This document shows, piece after piece, positions 31,517 to 41,295 of a stretch of 64,000 nt of DNA (position 1 is its first letter; each line of letters begins with the position of its first letter). The translations under genes were made by a program, and so were the position numbers. The notes beneath the pieces were generated by a model. It made no database searches, was not told the origin of the DNA, and saw nothing but the letters and a program-made list of their open reading frames with translations. The stretch is from contig OZ243961.1 of assembly GCA_965214605.1 (NCBI GenBank), positions 2,496,001 to 2,560,000 of the forward strand, in the 5' to 3' direction. The DNA comes from an uncultured Candidatus Binatia bacterium (lineage in GTDB: Bacteria; Desulfobacterota; Binatia; Bin18).

Positions 31517-31874
31517 ATGAAGATGGTGAAGCTCATGGCCTGTTTACGCCGAAAGCCCGGCATGTCGAAGGAAGCCTTCCACCAGTATTGGAAAGATACC
31601 CACGGTCCCCTGGTCATAAGCGTGACCGAGCTCAGCCGCTATGTCCGCCGCTATGTCCAGTCCCATACCGACCAGGATGTGGCTTCGTTGTTCCCACCCC
31701 AGGCCACCCTATGACGGGATCGCTGAACTGTGGTTTGAGACTATTGAGCAGTTGCAGCAAGCGTTTGCTGAGCCCCGCTATCTGGAAATCATCCGGCCTG
31801 ATGAACAGCGATTTCTAGATTTGCCGAACTGTGTGTCTTTCATAGTAAATGACGTGCTGATGGTGGAAGCGTAG
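31517..31874 (+). pseudogene. EthD-domain protein, frameshifted
   Basis: RKPGMS.EAF..YW...HGP in one frame; YDGIAELWF...PDE..F.D in another; shift near 31690-31710. Confidence 0.8.
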
Positions 31875-31899
31875 GCCCCTAGTCTAGTACCAGACCTTT

Positions 31900-32085
31900 G
31901 CGCTCTCATAGCCGGCCACACGTCGTTTCCGTCGACCACCACGCCCGGAATCCCGTAGGTCGGGAATCGCCCGGTCTCATCCTTGACCGACACCGAATTG
32001 GCCACCGGCGTACTCACCCGTATGACGTTGTTCTCACGCACCCACAGTATGGGCAGCTTCCACAGGGCCGCCGCGACGCTGTCGA
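31900..32085 (-). pseudogene. Internal fragment of a TPP-dependent dehydrogenase E1 alpha subunit
   Basis: AALWKLPILWVRENN....ST...YGIPGVVVDGNDV with no start or normal end. Confidence 0.7.
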
Positions 32086-32248
32086 CTCATGGAATGGGCT
32101 GGCATTCGGTATCCTAGTCCTCTGGTTATCCCGATTCGAGCCGTGCCCTAGAGCTAGCAGGTCTGGCGCCCCCCCCTTCCCTTGCAGAGTAGCTCGCATT
32201 TCGTTAAGACAGACTGAACGTTCACTCAGCCCTTAGGAGGAGACGATA

Positions 32249-33520
32249 ATGCAGTCCACATGGGCTACGGCCCTGACGAGTTTTGTCCTTGTGTGCAGCC
32301 TGGCCTTTGCCTCTCCTAGCACTCATGCCCAAGAGGCGGATATTGCGGATGAGCTGCGGGACATCTTTTATCCCTACCGTGAGGCTAAGCCTCAGGTCGA
32401 GGGTCTCACGCCTGGGATGACGATCACAAAGGACAATGTTCAAGCCGCCGAGAAAGCCCTGCCGCCCGAGATTTTCCGCGTGGTACAGGACGGGGACTTT
32501 GAGGTTCAGGTCCAGGAAACCACCGACACCCCCCTGTTTGTCGACTATGTAACCGCCTCGGCGCACAATGTCGGCCAGGTCCAGCTCGGTGCGGACGGCA
32601 CGCTCAAGAACTATACGGCCGGCCAACCCTTTCCGGTCCTAGACGTGTCCGACCCTCAGGCTGGTGTGAAGGCGGCCTGGAACTATCGTTATCGCTATAT
32701 GGGCGATAGCCTGCTGACCCAGGGCGTGTTGCGCTCGATCAACAGTTCGGGCCGTGTTGAGCGCAGCGTGGAGACCGACTACGCTCGTCTGTACGGCATG
32801 CATCGCCTCGACCCGGCCAAAAATGTCGCAAAATGGGAAAAGGAAGGCACTTGGTGGCGCGAACACTCTGTGGTGTTGCGGCCACAAGATCTTGAGGGTG
32901 CCCAAAGTCTATCCTTCCACTACGATAGCGACACCGTCGAGAGCAAGGTATGGGCCTACGATCCGCAGAGCCGCCGAACCCGGAGTATAGCGTCCAATCT
33001 GCTTGAGACCTCGTTTGGCTTAAACTTTCTGGTCGAAGACCACGCCGGTTTTCAAGGCTATATCCACGAGCACACCTGGAACTATCTTGGCGAGCAGATT
33101 GTTCTGATCCCGGGCATCATCAAAGGCCAGGCGCCCGAGAACTTTGGCGGAAAAGGCAACTGGTATCCCAAGATTCCATGGGAACTCCGTCGCGTGCACG
33201 TGGTCGAGGCCAGCCCGCGGGACCCGAGCCATCCTTACGGAAAGCGGCGCCTGTACATTGACCGTCAGCTGTACGCGATTTTCTACTCCATTATCTATGA
33301 TCGCCAGGGCAATCACTGGCGGACCCTGTTCCATCTCTTGGGCTACTCAGCGTTTCATCCTGATAATATGGACGTGCCGGGCATCTCAGTCCACTTAGGT
33401 AATCTGTGTGTGGATTACCAGAATGATAGGGCTAGCTTGTGGACTGGCACAGTGCTGATCAATAAGCCGGTCAAGGCCAAGAGATTTACGGTCAAAGAGA
33501 TGATCCGTCGCGGAAAGTAG
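32249..33520 (+). CDS. DUF1329-family periplasmic protein
   Basis: Signal peptide; G.PFP, WAYDP..RR.R, HPY.KR..YID. Confidence 0.82.
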   Translation: MQSTWATALTSFVLVCSLAFASPSTHAQEADIADELRDIFYPYREAKPQVEGLTPGMTITKDNVQAAEKALPPEIFRVVQDGDFEVQVQETTDTPLFVDYVTASAHNVGQVQLGADGTLKNYTAGQPFPVLDVSDPQAGVKAAWNYRYRYMGDSLLTQGVLRSINSSGRVERSVETDYARLYGMHRLDPAKNVAKWEKEGTWWREHSVVLRPQDLEGAQSLSFHYDSDTVESKVWAYDPQSRRTRSIASNLLETSFGLNFLVEDHAGFQGYIHEHTWNYLGEQIVLIPGIIKGQAPENFGGKGNWYPKIPWELRRVHVVEASPRDPSHPYGKRRLYIDRQLYAIFYSIIYDRQGNHWRTLFHLLGYSAFHPDNMDVPGISVHLGNLCVDYQNDRASLWTGTVLINKPVKAKRFTVKEMIRRGK

Positions 33521-33571
33521 AAAGAAGCTCAGAACTGCTGGCTCACCGCTCGACAGATTTCGAAAGCTCTC

Positions 33572-35328
33572 TTGCTGCAGGTTTGTATGCATTCCATACC
33601 CTATCTTGTTCTCATCCTGATCCTAGTGTTTCAGGGCACCGTCTGGGGGCGTTTTATTGACGAGGCTCAGACCTTGCGGGCGAACGGCCGAGTGTACAAC
33701 CGGATGGCCATGGCGGTCGAGGAGGCGGATGATTTCAGCCGCATCCAAACTCCTTACAACTCGTTCAATATGTTGCAGAGCAGAACCCTCATTCAAATGG
33801 AACTCCGGCACGATCTGATCGACTTGGTCAATAATGACTATGAAGGGCCGCTCAGTATACTGACTCCTATCTTTGCGCCTTACGTGTCTTAGGGCTTGAA
33901 GATTTGAGTTACTTTCTGACCTATCGTGGGGAGTATGACGGGGTCTGGGATTACGGGCCGGACGTGTTCAGCGAACGCTACCCAGTGTTGGCCGACTGCG
34001 ACACGGTTACCAAGAAGAAACGGAGCAAACCGCGCAGCGCTGGCTGTAGCCGTTCAGACACCCGCCGTGATTTGCGCAACCGCCATCGGCTGTTTGAGGC
34101 GTATGTCGACTTTTCGTGGGAAGCCCTCTTCATCCGTATCGGCCGCCAAAATCTGTCCTGGGGAGAGACCGACGCCTTTCGCTTGCTCGATCAGATTAAC
34201 CCGCTTGACGCTAGCTTCGGCGGCTTCCTAGTCACGCTCGATGATAGGCGTGTTCCCTTGGATATGGCCCGGATTGTGTACAGCCTGGAAGATGTCGGAC
34301 CATTTTCCGAGTTAAACCTCGAAGCCTTTGGAGTGCTCGACGATGCCATCGCCGCGCCAACGCCGAGCGGCTCACCGTGGTCCACACCTAACCCGCCCGG
34401 CATTCGCGGCTATGTCAAAAAACCCGCTCGGAATTTGACTGACGCGCGGGGTGGCTTTCGGATGACGGGCCGGGTGGGTGACCTGACCTTGTCTGCGGCC
34501 CACTATTATACCTTTCTGGACGCTCCCTTAGTGCAAACCGTCACCTCCTACGGCAGGCCGGTCAACTTGGCACAGTTTGAAGCCGCGGTTGATGGGGGAG
34601 AGACGTCCCGCTTTCTGGTTGATAACTTCCAGGCCAACGTACGCTTTCCAAAAATTGCGGTCAGTGGCGCCACGGCCTCATTTAGCGTCCCGCGTCTCGA
34701 CGCGATTGTGCGCAGCGAGGTGGCGGTCTTTTGGCGGGAGTATTTCACAAAGAATTTCGGACCGAATGCGATTCTCGGCCCAGCCCTAGAAGGCGAGATC
34801 ACACCCGGCTTCCGCCAGGTCGGCGTGAACCCAGACGGTTCGCCGCTGCTGAGCTATAAGAGTGACATCGACCGTTCACACGTTGTACGCTGGGCGCTCG
34901 GCCTGGATGTGAACCGCTATATTCGGTCCTTAAACCCGCAGCAGTCGTTCATCTTCAGTGGTCAGATGTTTGCTACTCATATTGTTGATTTTGATAACAC
35001 ACCGCTCAAAGACGTACGGCCATACGGTTTTGGTCACTATGCGGTGGGAGTCCGTGACCCCAACCATGACGCCCTCGTTGAGATCGATCAGCATCAGTTT
35101 GTGAACACGTTTAGCATCTCTACCTCGTTTCGATCAGGCGTGATTGCACCCCGCCTGGTGTTTTTCTACGACTGGCAGGGCTCCTGGTTGGTGCAGCCGG
35201 GGGTGATCCTGACCCGCGATCCGTTTCGGCTGACCCTGCAGTACAACTACATCGACGGGCAATTTAACGGCATTGGTTTTTTGCGCGACCGCGATAATCT
35301 GATTACCCAGCTAGAAATGGTGTTTTAG
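33572..35328 (+). pseudogene. DUF1302-like outer-membrane protein, split by a frameshift near 33890
   Basis: ORFs 33572-33892 and 33904-35328 are in different frames; RIGRQNLSWGETD.FRLLD.INPLD, RDRD, C-terminal Phe. Confidence 0.75.
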
Positions 35329-35460
35329 CCAGAGGTTGCGGAAATTCTTGCAACCCGGACGCAAATCCATCCAGGCTTGATCACCCATCATCACCAAATG
35401 GTCGGCTCCCGCTACGCCCCAACGGGCAATTAGAGAGCGCTCTGGCTGGAGAAAAAGACT

Positions 35461-37185
35461 ATGCTCAAGTTTTTTCTTTTTTCCGCCGCCCTGATTGCAT
35501 CCTGGGTCGTCGGGTCAACCGTGTCGCCGACCTGGACGGTGAATCGGGTAGTGTTGGACGTCCACACGAACAGCGACGGACGCCTTTACTATATCGCCCA
35601 GGGCGAGCCAGTCTATTTTGAGGCGGTGTCTATCGAACAGGCAGAGCTCAACCCGGCGCGCGTTGCCGGCTCGCGCGACGCACCGGCGGTCACGCAGGAG
35701 TTTGTTTCGGCAACCGAGGTTGACGACGGGCAAGACACGCCCGTCTATTATAGGCTCTTCGCTCAGCATCATTGGGGCTACTGGTCCTTACTGCCGGCGA
35801 TCGTCGCTGTGTTCCTGTGTTGGGTTACTAGGGAACCCGTCACCGCGCTACTGGGCGGGATCGCTTCCGGCGCGCTAATTCTGGGCCGGTACGACCTCAC
35901 TGGTCAAGTACTGATTCCCGCGCTAGCTACAACCAACGTAGCTGGCATTCTGTTACTCTACCTGTGGCTGCTCGGAGGGTTGATGGGGATCTGGTCGCGC
36001 ACCGGCGCAGCGCAAGCCTTCGCTGAGCTCATGAGTGCGCGTTTCGTTCGCGGTCCGAGGACCGCAAAGCTCGTAGCCTGGCTGCTCGGTGTCATTTTCT
36101 TCCAAGGTGGTACCATGAGCACAGTGCTGGTCGGTACAACGGTCAAGCCCATTGCCGACAGGGAAAAGGTGAGCCACGAAGAGCTGGCCTATATTGTCGA
36201 TTCGACCGCCTCGCCCATCGCCTCGCAGCTTGCCTTCAACGCTTGGCCGGGCTATGTGCAGGCATTCATCTTTGTTTCCGGGGTTGGCTTTCTGGCCACC
36301 GAAGCGGACCGTATTGGCTTTTTCTTTCGGAGCGTTCCGTTTTGTTTCTATGCTATATTCGCGGTCCTTGGCACCTTTCTGCTCAGCATCGAGAAGCCCC
36401 TGTTCCTCGGTAAGGGCTTGACGGCGGCTAGGTACCGCTCCCGCACCACCGGCCAGCTTGATGCTGACCGGGCCGAACCGCTGAGTGCCAAGGAATTGCA
36501 GGCCAGCAATGTACCCGATGGCTATACGCCGCATGTGTTGGAGTTTTTCCTCCCCCTGGGAGCGCTGATAGGAGTTGCCATCAGCACCTTTGTCGTCACC
36601 GGCTCGCCTAACGTACATTGGGCCTTTGGCGTGGCCCTGATCCTGGCGACGGGCATCGCCCTGGCCAGGGGTATGGCGCTCAAAGAACTCATGGCTGGAT
36701 TTCACGACGGCATTAGAGGCGTCGTGCTCGGCTCCGTCATCCTGCTGCTGGCGATCACAATCGGCGGTGTCAACACCCAGACCGGCGGCGCGGTTTTTCT
36801 GGTAGAGCAGCTTGGCGAGAGTATTCCCTATTTCCTCCTGCCAGTCCTACTCCAGCTCCTCACCATCATTATCGCCTTTTCCACTGGGACAAGCTGGGGA
36901 ACCTATGCCGTGGCTTTTCCGCTCGCCATGCCACTCGCCTGGGCGATTGCTGGAGCACACGGTCTGGCACATCCAGAGCTGTTCATGACGCTATGCTTTG
37001 CTGCGGTGATGGACGGCAGTGTCTATGGAGACCAGTGCTCGCCAATCTCGGACACGACAGTGCTAAGCGCAATGTGCACCGGCTGCGACCTGATGGACCA
37101 CGTCAAAACGCAGATCCCGCAAGCCTCGGTTGCCGCCGGTCTTGCGGCCATCTGTTGGACCTGTATCGCCTTTCTGACCGCCTGA
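35461..37185 (+). CDS. NhaC-family Na+/H+ antiporter / amino-acid transporter
   Basis: E.LAYIVDSTA, F.TGTSWGT, GD.CSPISDTT.LS. Confidence 0.88.
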   Translation: MLKFFLFSAALIASWVVGSTVSPTWTVNRVVLDVHTNSDGRLYYIAQGEPVYFEAVSIEQAELNPARVAGSRDAPAVTQEFVSATEVDDGQDTPVYYRLFAQHHWGYWSLLPAIVAVFLCWVTREPVTALLGGIASGALILGRYDLTGQVLIPALATTNVAGILLLYLWLLGGLMGIWSRTGAAQAFAELMSARFVRGPRTAKLVAWLLGVIFFQGGTMSTVLVGTTVKPIADREKVSHEELAYIVDSTASPIASQLAFNAWPGYVQAFIFVSGVGFLATEADRIGFFFRSVPFCFYAIFAVLGTFLLSIEKPLFLGKGLTAARYRSRTTGQLDADRAEPLSAKELQASNVPDGYTPHVLEFFLPLGALIGVAISTFVVTGSPNVHWAFGVALILATGIALARGMALKELMAGFHDGIRGVVLGSVILLLAITIGGVNTQTGGAVFLVEQLGESIPYFLLPVLLQLLTIIIAFSTGTSWGTYAVAFPLAMPLAWAIAGAHGLAHPELFMTLCFAAVMDGSVYGDQCSPISDTTVLSAMCTGCDLMDHVKTQIPQASVAAGLAAICWTCIAFLTA

Positions 37186-37230
37186 GCTAGGCATCGCTGA
37201 GCGAATATGTCCGATAGCCCGATTTCTTCC

Positions 37231-37770
37231 TCACACTTCTAACTCAATCACCCTGCCGTCGCGCTTGCTCATATTGATATGTTCGACGTATGGCCGCACT
37301 ACACTGATCCGCTCAATCTTGCCTTCGAGTTCTTCGCCTGGACTGGTGCCTTCACCTGTGTCCTTGCGGGTGACATTGATGAACTGACATTCTGAGGCAA
37401 GAGTCACGGCGTTGTGCCAGGTGCCCTTATAGATAAAAGCTGCCTGACCGGGGTCAACCATAAACGCGGCAATTTTATCGTAGTCCAGCTCATAGCCATC
37501 CGGGCCCGCCTCGCGATTACCCGGCGGTGGAGCAACCACTAGGACCATCGAACCCTGAATCGGAATAAAGGTTTGATTATAGCTAAAGTGGATCGCCATC
37601 TGGTCCATCCGGTTAGCGGTGGCCCGATATTTGAAGCGCAACAGCTCCATGGCGACCCGGCCTTTTTCTGCCTCTGGGTAGATCAACTTTTTGCTCTGCA
37701 GCAACTTGCCATACGGCTCAAAGGCCTCCGGTGTCAGCGGTTGAATCTTGACTTTGATCGTGTGGTCCAT
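37231..37770 (-). CDS. Ureidoglycolate lyase-like cupin protein
   Basis: PLTPEAF.PYG, H...Q.FIP, GTWH. Confidence 0.75.
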   Translation of the reverse strand: MDHTIKVKIQPLTPEAFEPYGKLLQSKKLIYPEAEKGRVAMELLRFKYRATANRMDQMAIHFSYNQTFIPIQGSMVLVVAPPPGNREAGPDGYELDYDKIAAFMVDPGQAAFIYKGTWHNAVTLASECQFINVTRKDTGEGTSPGEELEGKIERISVVRPYVEHINMSKRDGRVIELEV

Positions 37771-37901
37771 GCTCTCCCTCCTTAGCTAAGGACACTGGGA
37801 ATAAAACATAAGACGTCAGAAAAGCAAGTAGCAGGGGCCGGGGTTTTACATCTCCTCAGCCTCCCGCCGGACGGAAGCTAGGAGCATACCTGTAAGCTTT
37901 T

Positions 37902-38260
37902 TCAGGCAGGCTCCGGGCCAGTAGATTCTGTCCGAAGTAGTGTTCCCGTTTGTCTCCATAGAAGGAAATCTTTCTTTTGTGTTTCAAGGAGTTTGGCGAG
38001 AATATCAGCCAACTTTTCAACAGGCTTGCCACGAATGTTGATCACTCGTTGGAACATACTGTACTGCATCGTTGAATAGCTGGTGGACTTCCAGTTCCAA
38101 ATGCAGCGGGCAATTACAATGTCGAGATAACTAGCGACGATGCGCAGCTCACGGAGGATGACCTCCTCGCTGTCGGCCCAGGCCAGTGGAGCGAGCAATA
38201 CAGGGTATTGGAGTGTATAGTGCACACTGTAATGGAGGGACTTCAAGGCCGTTGTCAGTG
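37902..38260 (-). pseudogene. Fragment of a DUF262/GmrSD-like restriction protein
   Basis: TLQYPVLLAPL...D......L..VASYLDI...R.IWNW....YSTMQY.MF....IRG recalls the internal part of DUF262/DUF1524 proteins; lower GC; no intact ends. Confidence 0.5.
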
Positions 38261-38323
38261 TGGTTCTCGGCCATCTGACAGAGACATCCATACGGTACTC
38301 GTAGAAGTCGAAGTCTTCCTTAC

Positions 38324-38539
38324 ATGAATCTGGCGAAATCGGCGTCCTACAAAGACCTAATCGCTGCTCTCGAAACGCTGTGCGGCGAAGAGGACCTCCA
38401 TACTGTCCTGACGCTCGTCCACGTCCAGATTGAACGAACACGTACCGAATTCACAGGACTAGATGAGGCGCGCAATCTCTTCCTTCAGGCTGTCGCTATT
38501 GTTGAGTTGACGGTAGATGTAAATGGGCAGCAGCGTTAA
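38324..38539 (+). CDS. Small hypothetical helical protein
   Basis: 71-aa ORF with amphipathic, protein-like composition; no clear RBS or motif. Confidence 0.3.
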   Translation: MNLAKSASYKDLIAALETLCGEEDLHTVLTLVHVQIERTRTEFTGLDEARNLFLQAVAIVELTVDVNGQQR

Positions 38540-38814
38540 GGAGGTCGAGCGCTGTTGACCACTGCCGTGATCATATTTTTCTTAAGGCCGCTTCTCCGTT
38601 TACTGAGCCACAGCTTGTGGCTGACGCGCTTTAGCCTCTGCGCAGTGGTGGTGTGGGCGTTGCCGCGGCCGCCTCAATTCAGACCGGCCAGCATGCGCCG
38701 CTAGCTTTCATTCCACACTGGTATCTCAGACTGTCTATTCTCCGCTGCTGATTCTCTCTCGGTTCCGTAGAGAATCCGATCTAGTCCTCGGAGAGGGCCG
38801 TCGGGGACCTCTCC

Positions 38815-39083
38815 GGTTCCCCCGTACACGCGGGGATAGACCAGAAAGTCTTGGGGAAGGGGTTAGATATCGAGGTTCCCCCGTACACGCGGGGATAGAC
38901 CTGTCCAACACGCTTTACAGTCTTCCGATATGACGGTTCCCCCGTACACGCGGGGATAGACCGCATCCGGGTGGGCTCGATGTCCATCCGCCCGCGGTTC
39001 CCCGTACATGCAGGGATAGACCTTCCCGGCTATGCGCCATGCACAACGCGTTGAGCGGTTCCCCGTACATGCAGGGATAGACC
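38815..39083 (+). CRISPR. Orphan type I-E-like CRISPR mini-array: 5 repeats, 4 spacers
   Basis: GGTTCCCCCGTACACGCGGGGATAGACC at 38815, 38874 and 38935; variant GGTTCCCCGTACATGCAGGGATAGACC at 38996 and 39057; period 59-61 bp; unique 31-34 nt spacers; CCCCG/CGGGG hairpin like I-E repeats. Confidence 0.95.
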
Positions 39084-40316
39084 TCACGATTCGAGCCTAG
39101 CGTCTTGGCCAACCTGTTCTAAGCGGATGATCACGTCCTTGGGATTAATCCGCCTTTTAAAGAAAAACACGCTGCCTGGCACGTCTTTGAAATCTTCCTC
39201 ACCAACATTCAGATCGGCCGAGACTGCCACGACCATATCGGTTCGGCCGGACCGTTTCAGCTTCATCAGCTTTCTGGCCAGATAGTCGGGGCGCCAAAAG
39301 CCGACGATCTCCAGCAGGGCGGTGCGGCCGTCAGGATGGCGGAAGGCAAAGTCGGGGATAAAGACCGTATCTTTGAGGTTGATAATGGCGACCTCGCGTT
39401 CAATCTCCCAGCTGCTCTCAATCTCACCAAAACGCTCGGCAAACGTCCGCTCCAACAGCGAGTCATACACCGTGCTGTCGCGGTAGTGAGAGCGGAGCCC
39501 GACACTTTCGTCAAGCGGAAAAAACCGCCGTTCCCCGTTTGAAGAGACGATCTCGGCCTCCATTTTCCAGCGCGTGCACAGCAACAGGGCGGGCAAAAAA
39601 ACTGCCAGCTTTAGGCCGTACTTCTGAGACAGGCGAAATAAACTGACCGGGCCGTCAAGCAGGATCTCATAGCCACTGTCCAGATCGCCCTGAATGGTAT
39701 GCATGAGCTGGTAGAACTTCACAAACTTGAACAGCTGCTTATAACGGCTGGGAATATTACGAAAGACCGACAGCTTCATCCGGATGCAGCGGTACAGCAG
39801 GGCTTGGGCCAGGGCGACGTTATAGCGCTGGAGCAACCACTCGGACTCGGGCGGATCGAATCGAGTCAGAATATGGTTGTCCGGCAGGTCGGCGTACACC
39901 GCCCAGGCCAGCTGCTCCACGTCGGTTTGGTATTCAGCGGCTACCGTGGCCAGGATGTCGTCCTTGGAGACGGGATGAATGATATCCGGCCGCAGCACGA
40001 CCGGATGGTTCTCCCGCGCCAGGCCAAACAGCCGCTGGCGGACCTCGGCTGGGGGGGCAATGCTACGCTCGCTGAACTCACATCGGTCGTCCCGCAGCAG
40101 CTTGGCCAGCCCGCGCTGAATCCGATAGTCGGTGCTGTCCTGCGCATACTGGTTCAGGGCGTCGGTCAGCTCGCGCCGGGTTTTGCCCTGATGGTCGTGG
40201 AAAATAGCGATCAGCTGTTCGGCTAGCGTACGAAAGCGAGGCGCCTCGGTCTTAATGTAGCGCGGATAGATGTACGGCCCTTGGCTGCGCGTTTGGAGGA
40301 GGTCGGAGGTCAGCAT
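39084..40316 (-). CDS. DUF790-family (Bax1-like) PD-(D/E)xK nuclease
   Basis: ML..DLL, GLAKLL, YADL, RYN.AL.QALLY, DGP.SLF....YG, DS.LE..FA, IPDF, EIVGFW...YL..K..K. Confidence 0.88.
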   Translation of the reverse strand: MLTSDLLQTRSQGPYIYPRYIKTEAPRFRTLAEQLIAIFHDHQGKTRRELTDALNQYAQDSTDYRIQRGLAKLLRDDRCEFSERSIAPPAEVRQRLFGLARENHPVVLRPDIIHPVSKDDILATVAAEYQTDVEQLAWAVYADLPDNHILTRFDPPESEWLLQRYNVALAQALLYRCIRMKLSVFRNIPSRYKQLFKFVKFYQLMHTIQGDLDSGYEILLDGPVSLFRLSQKYGLKLAVFLPALLLCTRWKMEAEIVSSNGERRFFPLDESVGLRSHYRDSTVYDSLLERTFAERFGEIESSWEIEREVAIINLKDTVFIPDFAFRHPDGRTALLEIVGFWRPDYLARKLMKLKRSGRTDMVVAVSADLNVGEEDFKDVPGSVFFFKRRINPKDVIIRLEQVGQDARLES

Positions 40317-40456
40317 CGTACTTGTGGCCTAGCCGGGCGACAGTATAGCTTCAGAGTCTGCGATTTTTTTCAGACCGGGGCAAGACCCGAGTCGCTGCTT
40401 GATCTCTCCCCTCCTTTAGGCTAGACATCGGGCTCCAGAGCACGAGGAACCACAAC

Positions 40457-41287
40457 ATGGCAGACTATCACAATCTGATATTTGAAAAGCGTAACAACAT
40501 CGGCTATCTGACCCTGAACCGCCCCAACAAACTGAACGCGCTGAGCCCGGAGTTGATGGCTGAGCTAGGGCAGGTGCTGGACACGATTGAAGACGACCCG
40601 GACGTCAAAGTCGTTATTCTGACCGGCGCCGGACGCGCCTTCTCTGCCGGCTTTGATATTGGCGCGCCGGAGGGCGAGCCGGAGCTATACGACCGCGCGG
40701 CCGACACATGGCGCTCATCTCTTAAAAAAAACATCAACATCTTTCTGAAAATCTGGCACTCTGCTAAGCCGTATATCGCCGCCATTAACGGCTATGCGCT
40801 GGCTGGAGCGTGTGAGCTAGCCCAGCTGTGCGATATCAAAATCGCCTCTGAACAGGCCACGCTAGGCGAGCCGGAGATTCGCTTTGGGACGGGGCCGCCG
40901 GTCTTGATCACTCCCTTTAGCGTGGGCCTGGCCAAGGCCAAAGAGTTGCTGCTGACCGGAGAGACGCTGTCTGCCCAGGAGGCCGAACGGCTGGGCATGA
41001 TTAACAAGGTCGTCGCTCACGACCAACTCATCCCCGAATGTGAGAAGATGGCCCGCACAATGATCAAAATTGCTCAGGTCGGAGTCAAGTACAATAAAAT
41101 TGCGATCAACCGTGCCTTTGAAAACATGGGTTTCCTGAACAGCATTGAACAAAACCTCGACCTGGTGACCCTGTTCGATACCACTCGGACCGAAGAGCAA
41201 GAAACGTTCAACCAAATCCGCAAGGAAAAGGGCCTGCGGGCCGCACTTGACTGGCGGGACGCGCGGTTTAAAGATGAGAATGACTGA
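40457..41287 (+). CDS. Enoyl-CoA hydratase/isomerase
   Basis: LNRPNKLNAL, GRAFSAGFD, AAING.ALAGACEL, PE. Confidence 0.92.
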   Translation: MADYHNLIFEKRNNIGYLTLNRPNKLNALSPELMAELGQVLDTIEDDPDVKVVILTGAGRAFSAGFDIGAPEGEPELYDRAADTWRSSLKKNINIFLKIWHSAKPYIAAINGYALAGACELAQLCDIKIASEQATLGEPEIRFGTGPPVLITPFSVGLAKAKELLLTGETLSAQEAERLGMINKVVAHDQLIPECEKMARTMIKIAQVGVKYNKIAINRAFENMGFLNSIEQNLDLVTLFDTTRTEEQETFNQIRKEKGLRAALDWRDARFKDEND

Positions 41288-41295
41288 ACGGCTCA

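Noticed and set aside
33890-33892. TAG read-through (pyrrolysine) in the DUF1302 gene
   Set aside because: The two ORFs are in different frames, so this is a frameshift and not an in-frame stop.
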